Assembly (NCBI RefSeq): GCF_044704955.1
Contig: NC_091989.1
Span: 22,010,001-22,074,000, forward strand
Direction of reading: 5' to 3'
DNA length: 64,000 nucleotides
Source: Pristiophorus japonicus
Taxonomy: Eukaryota
A program made the translations under genes and the position numbers. A model generated the notes under the pieces. The model made no database searches, was not told where the DNA came from, and saw nothing but the letters and a program-made list of their open reading frames with translations. Positions within the stretch are counted from its first letter, which is position 1, and the number at the start of each line of letters is the position of its first letter. Below, piece after piece: positions 59,101 through 64,000 of this stretch.

Positions 59101-60935
59101 TACTTCCCTCCATTATTACCGGAAAAGGGCAGGGAAGCTGATCCCAGGCCTCTGCATTTAAAACCATAGTTCAGAAGTGTAAGTAATATACTTACAATTT
59201 TCCCTCTCCCTAATTTGTGGATATGTCTGTTATCGGCTCATGCCTAAGATTGGGAAGTCAGCAATGTGGGAAATCATAGACTTTAAAAAAAATTTGTTCT
59301 CAGGATGTGGGCGACACTGGCAAGGTCGTCAGTTGCTCTGAGAAATTGGGTAGTCCTCCTTATCCTGTCATGCTCCCATTACGCCTGACCTTTAAATATA
59401 TTAGTATTTTTTTTAATTAAACATTTGTTGAATTTTATCTTTTGCACCCAACTCTCCCCAATCAGTATTAACAGATGTTCATGCTTTCAATTCCCTACTT
59501 GTCAAGTTCCCAATGTCAATGCGGCACTGGAGCTGCGCATGGATTCACTCTGGAGCATCCGCGATGTTGAGGCACGTTTAGTGAGTTGGTCACACCGCAG
59601 GTAAAGGTAACAAAGGAAGATAGGGAATGGGTGACCATCAGGCAGAGCAGGAGTAGGAAGGGGGTCCCCTGCGGTCATCTCCCTCCAAAACAGATATACC
59701 ATTTTGGATATTGATGGAGGAGATGGCTCATCAGGGGAAGGCAGCAGCAGCCATGTTCATGGCACCGTGGGTGGCTCTGCGGCACAGGAGGACAGGAAAA
59801 AGAGTGGGAGAGCTATAGTGGTAGGGGATTCTATTGTAAGGGGAATAGGTAGGCGTTTCTGCGGCCACAGTCGAGACTCCAAGATGGTATGTTGCCTCCC
59901 TGGTGTAAGGATCATGGAGGTCTCGGAGCGGCTGCAGGGCATTCTGGAGGAGGAGGGTGAACAGCCAGTTGTCGTGCTGCATATAGGTACCAATGATATA
60001 GATAAAAAAATGGGATGAGGTCCTACAAGCTGAATTGAAGTTAGATGTAGTCCTTACTACTAGGGGGATCAAGGGGTATGGCGAGAAAGGAGGAATGGGG
60101 TACTGAAGTTGCATGTTCAGCCATGAACTCATTGAATGGCGGTGCAGGCTCTCAAGGCCGAATGGCCTACTCCTGCACCTATTTTCTATAGCCTTCATGA
60201 GAAGGTGCCGAGGAGAGACAAGGGAGGATATTGAGATAGGAACTGAGTTAGCCTGTGTGTGATTGCTCCCCTGTAGGCTTACAAAACATTATTTGCACAG
60301 GTCTGGGAGTGGATCTCGGTGTGCACTCGCAATTGAGAAGTCTTGCATGGGACTTTAAGAAATTACTTAAGGCCTCCACAACGTGTTTGGAACTTGAATT
60401 CAGAAGCATCTCTTTGAGTTTGACTGCTCTGAAAATACACTTCCCTACCTTTTTACAACCAAATGTACTGCTGCTCAGTTGCTTCAGAAGTGAATTAGGA
60501 GGTACTAGAATGTAGGACAGTTCAAGAACTCTCAAAACCTTTGCTTTCTATCATGTGAAGGTTAGTATTTTGCAGATAGAAATTCCAGTGATGGCTGCCA
60601 GAATCCAAATTTCAGGAAGCTGTTATCTTCCTCCAATGTGGTAAAGATTTATTTTTCAAAACAAAAGATAAAAATTAAGAGGTGTTTTGTGAGAGTTTAT
60701 TCAGTTACTGGACACCCAGCAATCTGACAATTGTGCTAACTTCTTAAAATCTCAAGTTTACTAACTAATGTTTCCTTATTTTACACTGTTTCTTTCTGCA
60801 GTGTGTGTGTTGTGGGGAGGAGAGGCCAAACCTCATTCAGATGCTCAGGAAGACTCCTGGAAAAAGATTCTAGCATTCCTAGAAAAGCACCTCGTGCTTC
60901 AACACCCAGCTGCTATTGTCCAATCCAAACTCTGA
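35112..60935 (+). CDS. acot: Type-I acyl-CoA thioesterase / bile acid-CoA:amino acid N-acyltransferase (ACOT/BAAT) family gene; spliced CDS join(35112..35145,41352..41558,43270..43369,45735..45925,50734..50909,53108..53227,53849..53919,54243..54336,57779..57859,57972..58113,60802..60935), about 449 aa
   Basis: Exons joined by hand with GT-AG sites and matching phases sum to 1350 nt with no internal stop. Family motifs: [77 protein letters not shown] (Ser nucleophile), GEDDQNW (Asp), [14 protein letters not shown] (His), [17 protein letters not shown]; ends in SKL. The exact paralog is not assigned and the first coding exon is less certain than the rest. Confidence 0.93.
35870..37390 (+). mobile_element. 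Very old CR1 remnant interrupted by a MITE
   Basis: GPDGMHPR-like, AVDVV..DF.KA-like and WQMEFN..KCE-like patches. Confidence 0.65.
36216..36974. mobile_element. Harbinger-type MITE with internal long hairpin
   Basis: TIRs GGGCTGGAAAT / AATTCCAGCCCC; ATT on both flanks. Confidence 0.85.
37649..40510 (-). mobile_element. CR1 3' end (minus), split into 37649-37729 and 39915-40510
   Basis: ORF 40132-40509; the 3' UTR joins across taagatc|atggctgatc. Confidence 0.88.
37724..39917 (+). mobile_element. CR1 with ORF1 esterase C-terminus, APE endonuclease, linker and 3' end, but no RT domain
   Basis: [13 protein letters not shown] (SGNH esterase); YLNACSI, AITETWL, GVVYRPP, DFN, ILDLVL, SDH (APE); in-frame jump EDLEII|REMKGL near 39452; (TTCTTATG)n tail. 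Confidence 0.92.
41352..41558 (+). CDS. ACOT coding exon ([26 protein letters not shown]...SDSEGIVR)
   Basis: tttccatctag acceptor, GAG|GTTTGT donor; N-terminal domain of the BAAT/ACOT family; in-frame ATG at 41387. Confidence 0.93.
41642..42294. mobile_element. Harbinger-type MITE
   Basis: Imperfect TIRs GGGAGAATTTTAACCC / GGGTTAAAGTCCCCCC. Confidence 0.7.
42500..43100. mobile_element. GC-rich Harbinger-type MITE
   Basis: TIRs GGGGCTGAAATTGCC / GGCAATTTCGGTCTC; ATA duplicated at 42497-42499 and 43101-43103. Confidence 0.88.
43270..43369 (+). CDS. ACOT coding exon ([34 protein letters not shown])
   Basis: ttcacag acceptor, AG|GTAC donor, phase 1 to 2; SLGG.Y...PMGLLWS motif. Confidence 0.93.
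43855..44775 (-). mobile_element. CR1 RT/3' fragment
   Basis: ORFs 44001-44498 and 44549-44779. Confidence 0.92.
45735..45925 (+). CDS. ACOT coding exon ([12 protein letters not shown]...ERFYMAPG...GTMFFPP)
   Basis: ccttttag acceptor, CAG|GTAAAT donor, phase 2 to 1. Confidence 0.93.
46015..46766. mobile_element. Cluster of small fragments: CR1 tail (46015-46097), DeuSINE minus (~46135-46400), L2 (~46412-46590), MITE end (to 46766)
   Basis: Similarity to other copies in this window; GAAAATCCAGCCC TIR-like end. Confidence 0.65.
46770..49645 (+). mobile_element. Degenerate CR1 ORF2 (APE to 3' end) interrupted by RTE
   Basis: [44 protein letters not shown]. Confidence 0.9.
48549..48959 (+). 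mobile_element. RTE 3' fragment with 10-bp TSD GGATGAATGG
   Basis: TSD at 48539-48548 and 48960-48969; (GAT)n tail. Confidence 0.92.
50300..50570 (+). mobile_element. DeuSINE 3' half
   Basis: Matches 32130-32386. Confidence 0.85.
50734..50909 (+). CDS. ACOT coding exon ([37 protein letters not shown]...FYFE)
   Basis: ttttttag acceptor, GAG|GTAAAA donor; the most conserved block of the family. Confidence 0.95.
52273..52546 (+). mobile_element. Solo LTR, 274 bp (Gypsy-like)
   Basis: Perfect 10-bp terminal inverted repeat TGTAATGTAT...ATACATTACA; internal AATAAA; flanks CCATC/CCGCC may be a diverged TSD. Confidence 0.85.
53108..53227 (+). CDS. ACOT coding exon with nucleophile elbow GLSLG (Ser codon 53174-53176)
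   Basis: ttcgcag acceptor, CAT|GTAAGT donor, 120 nt, phase 0-0; [25 protein letters not shown]. Confidence 0.95.
53849..53919 (+). CDS. ACOT coding exon ([23 protein letters not shown])
   Basis: ttaccttag acceptor, TT|GTAAGT donor, phase 0 to 2. Confidence 0.88.
54243..54336 (+). CDS. ACOT coding exon ([31 protein letters not shown])
   Basis: Long pyrimidine tract plus cag acceptor, CAG|GTAAAA donor, phase 2 to 0. Confidence 0.88.
54425..54546 (-). mobile_element. Penelope-type terminal repeat with the 3' half of a hammerhead ribozyme
   Basis: Minus strand: GGGTC-ATC-GACCC GAAAC GTT AACTCTG...CACAGATGCTGCCTGACCTGCTGAG; truncated just before the CTGANGA box. Confidence 0.75.
55330..55895. 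mobile_element. Harbinger-type MITE
   Basis: Imperfect TIRs GAGGATGGAATTGGGTC / GACCAAACTCCAGCCCC; TSD not evident. Confidence 0.7.
56303..56867 (+). mobile_element. RTE 3' fragment with 11-bp TSD TTAGGGAAATA
   Basis: TSD at 56292-56302 and 56868-56878; [15 protein letters not shown]; C-terminal zinc-finger-like remnant; (GAT)n tail. Confidence 0.93.
57779..57859 (+). CDS. ACOT coding exon with catalytic Asp ([27 protein letters not shown])
   Basis: ttggcag acceptor, GAG|GTAAGT donor, 81 nt. Confidence 0.93.
57972..58113 (+). CDS. ACOT coding exon with catalytic His ([14 protein letters not shown])
   Basis: ccatttcag acceptor, CAG|GTGAGC donor, phase 0 to 1. Confidence 0.95.
59500..60037 (+). 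mobile_element. CR1 ORF1 SGNH-esterase fragment
   Basis: [28 protein letters not shown]. Confidence 0.9.
60038..60190 (+). mobile_element. Young HER1-type CR1 extreme 3' end
   Basis: Near-identical to 8725-8875. Confidence 0.9.
60802..60935 (+). CDS. ACOT last coding exon, ending ...IVQSKL* (PTS1)
   Basis: tttctttctgcag acceptor; [31 protein letters not shown]; TCC AAA CTC TGA with stop at 60933-60935. Confidence 0.95.
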
Positions 60936-61127
60936 AAGAAGTGCAATATCCTGAGGTTTGTTTTCTGTGCTTGGATCATTACTGACAGAATTTACCAATC
61001 CTGCCGCCTTCTGGATCAAAAGAAGCAATCCTGTTCCTTTCTGACTGTTGTGTGCCCAAAATTTACACTTTGCCTTTTTGGTACCAAGGGTTGACGAGCT
61101 GGAACCTGTGTTTGATGCTTCAGATTA

Positions 61128-63065
61128 GAATCATAGAATGATACAGCCCAGAAGGAGGCCATTCAGCTCATTGTGCCTGTGCCAGCTCTTTGAAAGAGCT
61201 ATCCAATTAGCCCCACAACACAGCAAATTTTTCCTTTTCAAGTATTTATCCAATTCTCTTTTTTGAAAGTTATTATTGAATCTGCTTCCACCACCCTTAA
61301 CTTGAGCAAAAACATGATTTTGAACACCTCTTATCAAATCTCCCCTTAACATTAGAATCATATCATAGAATCATGGAAATTTACAGCACGGAAGGAGGCC
61401 ATTACGGCCCATTGTGTCTGCGTTGGCCGACCAAGAACTATCCAGCCTAATCCCACTTTCCAGCTCTTGGTCCCTAGCCCTGTAGGTTATGGCACTTTAA
61501 GTGCACATCCAACTATTTTTTAAATGTGGTGAGGGCTTTTGCCTCCCTTTCAGGCAGTGAGTTCCAGACCCCCACCACCCTCTGGGTGAAGAAATTTCTC
61601 TTCATATCTCCTCTAAACCTCCCTCCAATTACTTTAAATCTATGCCTCCTGGTTGTTGACCCCTCTGCCAAGGGAAACAGGTCCTTCCTATCGACTCTAT
61701 CCAGACTCCTCAATTTTATACACCTCAATCAGGACTCCCCTCAGCCTCCTCTGTTCCAAAGAAAACTGATCCAGCATCTCCAATCTTTCCTCATAGCCAA
61801 AATTCTCCCGTCCAGGCAACATTCTTGTAAATCTCCTCTGCACCCATTCCAGTGCAGTCACATCTTTCCTATAATGTGGTGACCAGAACCGCACACAGTA
61901 CTCCAGCTGCGGCCTAACCAATGTTTTATACAGTTTAAGCATAACCTCCTTGCTCTTGTATTCCATGCCTTGACTAATAAAGGCAAGTATTCCAGATGCT
62001 TTCTTAACCGCCTTAACTACCTGGCCTGCTACCTTCAGGGATCTGTGGACCTGCACTCCCAGGTCCCTTTGTTCCTCTACACTTTTCATTGTCGTACCAT
62101 TTAATGTGTATTCCCTGGCCTTGTTTGACCTCCCCAAATGCATTATCTCACACTTACCCGGATTGAATTCCATTTGCCACTGTTCTGTCCACCTGACCAG
62201 TGCATTGATATCTTCCTGCAGTCTGTAGCTTTCTTCTTCATTATTCATTTTCTTCTTCACTACCCTCTCTGTAATAAGAAGAACAACCTCAGTTTCTCTA
62301 GCCTCTACATAACTGGCCTTTCATCACTGGTACCATTCGAGTAAATCTCCTCAGCTCCATCTCTAAGGCCTTGACATCCTTTCTTGAGTATGGTGCCCAG
62401 AATTGGCCACAATACTTCAGCTGGGGCCTAACCAGTGTTTTATAAAGATTTAGCATAACGCACTTGCTTTAGTACTCTATATACCTCTCTTTATATAAAA
62501 AAAGACTTGCATTTATATAGCGCCTTTCACGACCACCAGATATCTCAAAGTTCTTTACAGCAAATGAAGTACTTTTGGAGTGTAATCACTGTTGTAATAT
62601 GGGAAACACCGCAGCCAATTTGCGCATAGCAAGCTCCCACAAACAGCAATGTGATAATGACAAGATAATCTGTTTTTGTTACGTTGATTTAGGGATAAAT
62701 ATTGGCCAGGACACCAGGGATAACTCCCCTGCTCTTCTTCGAAATAATGCCATGGGATCTTTTATGTCCACCTTAGAGAGCCTTGGTTTAATGTCTCATC
62801 CAAAAGGCGACACCTCCGACAGTGCAGCACTCCCTCAGCACAGAGTGTCAGCCTAAATTCATGTGCTTGAATCCTTGAAGTGGGACTTGAACCCACAACC
62901 TCTGACTCACAGGCGAGGGTGCTACCCACTGAGCCACTGGTTGACACCGACCCAAAGCCAAAGATCCCGTATGCCTTTTTAACAGCCTTCTCAACTTGTC
63001 CTGACACTTTCAAAGTCATGTGTACATACACCGCCAGGTCTCTGTTCCTGCACCCCCTTTAAAAT
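61128..63065 (-). mobile_element. Stack of minus-strand CR1 fragments downstream of the ACOT stop
   Basis: ORFs 61513-61728 and 61697-62260; ATCATAGA tails near 61128 and 61355. Confidence 0.88.
62500..62945 (-). mobile_element. Full-length DeuSINE (minus) nested in CR1
   Basis: Reverse complement of 31930-32386. Confidence 0.88.
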
Positions 63066-64000
63066 TAACTGAGATCAAGACACAAGTGAACAAACATTTT
63101 ATATTGAGGGGTTCAAATGATGTCGTTAGCTGCTCTTTTCTTTGAACTAAAATGGTACAGGTCATTAGCAGTGATACTGTGGTATGGTGTATTTCTGTAC
63201 CAGTTAAAATAGGCATCAGTGCTGAAACAAGTCTGGGAAGGCCTCCATAAATTCAGGCACTGTCTTTGCACAAAATTTACTCTTTCCTACTCATGAGAAT
63301 AACTGGTTCAGTTGTTGACATTTTTTTTCCTGGGGAATTACTGAATAAATTGCTTGCTGAAATTACATTCCTAAGAATGTCACAGTATTTTGATGGTTGT
63401 CAGTTAACAATTATCATTAGTGTAAAAAAATGCTGTGTTGTCTGTGGTTATGAACATCTTTAAAAGTAACTGCTAAAAATTCAATGACTAGTGCAGTTTT
63501 CTCTGAAAGATGTATTTTATTTTAGAATCTGTTTTCCAGCATGTGACCAGTTATTCTTAAACTAATGTAATTATGAATGACATTATAAAAACTCCTGTGC
63601 ACTATTTTAATTGTATTATGACAAAGTAAGAAAATGTTTTTAATATATATTATGTTGACACTAAATTTGAATTTTGGATCCAACAGTACAATAAAAGAAT
63701 TAATTCAACATGGAGCAACTTAATTGTGAAAGATCAGAAGTATGTAAGAATCTGTATTTATTTTTAATATTGGGGATTTGTTGCTATGCCAATTTTATGG
63801 CCACTTAGAATTGGTTACTGCTTCCAGGAGTAGACTGTTTTAGATGGAATGCACACTACATCAGCTTCCCATATGTATATTCTTATTGCATTTGCTATTT
63901 ACCAGGCTCTTGAAGAGACTTGGTGCAGTGATGCCGATGACAACATGGCTCACCGCTCCACTTCCTCCTGTCTGTGGATGGATGGCTGGAGGCAGCTGCT

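Overview
Vertebrate nuclear DNA, very probably a shark/elasmobranch (HER1-type CR1 LINEs with (CTATGTTT)n tails, SacSINE1-like DeuSINEs, Penelope-type repeats). Most of the window is nested transposon debris: CR1, L2, RTE, Gypsy, Harbinger and its MITEs, SINEs and solo LTRs. One host gene can be reconstructed by hand on the + strand: a type-I acyl-CoA thioesterase / BAAT-family alpha/beta-hydrolase. It has 10 secure coding exons (41352-60935), a probable N-terminal exon (35049-35145) and a probable non-coding first exon at a CpG-rich promoter near 26.3 kb. All splice phases are consistent, giving about 449 aa with a Ser-Asp-His triad and C-terminal SKL. Main points for follow-up: (1) an apparent mitochondrial presequence plus peroxisomal PTS1 in the same ORF, with a second in-frame Met; (2) a probable divergent spliced transcript from the same NRF1/E-box promoter; (3) three decayed Penelope-type minimal hammerhead ribozyme motifs; (4) a TSD-bounded RTE-tailed insertion carrying a partly inverted L2 fragment (twin-priming geometry); (5) a CR1 copy with an in-frame deletion of its whole RT domain that looks to have been inserted as a unit. 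All calls are by eye; repeat family names are not database-verified and repeat boundaries are approximate unless a TSD or TIR is quoted.
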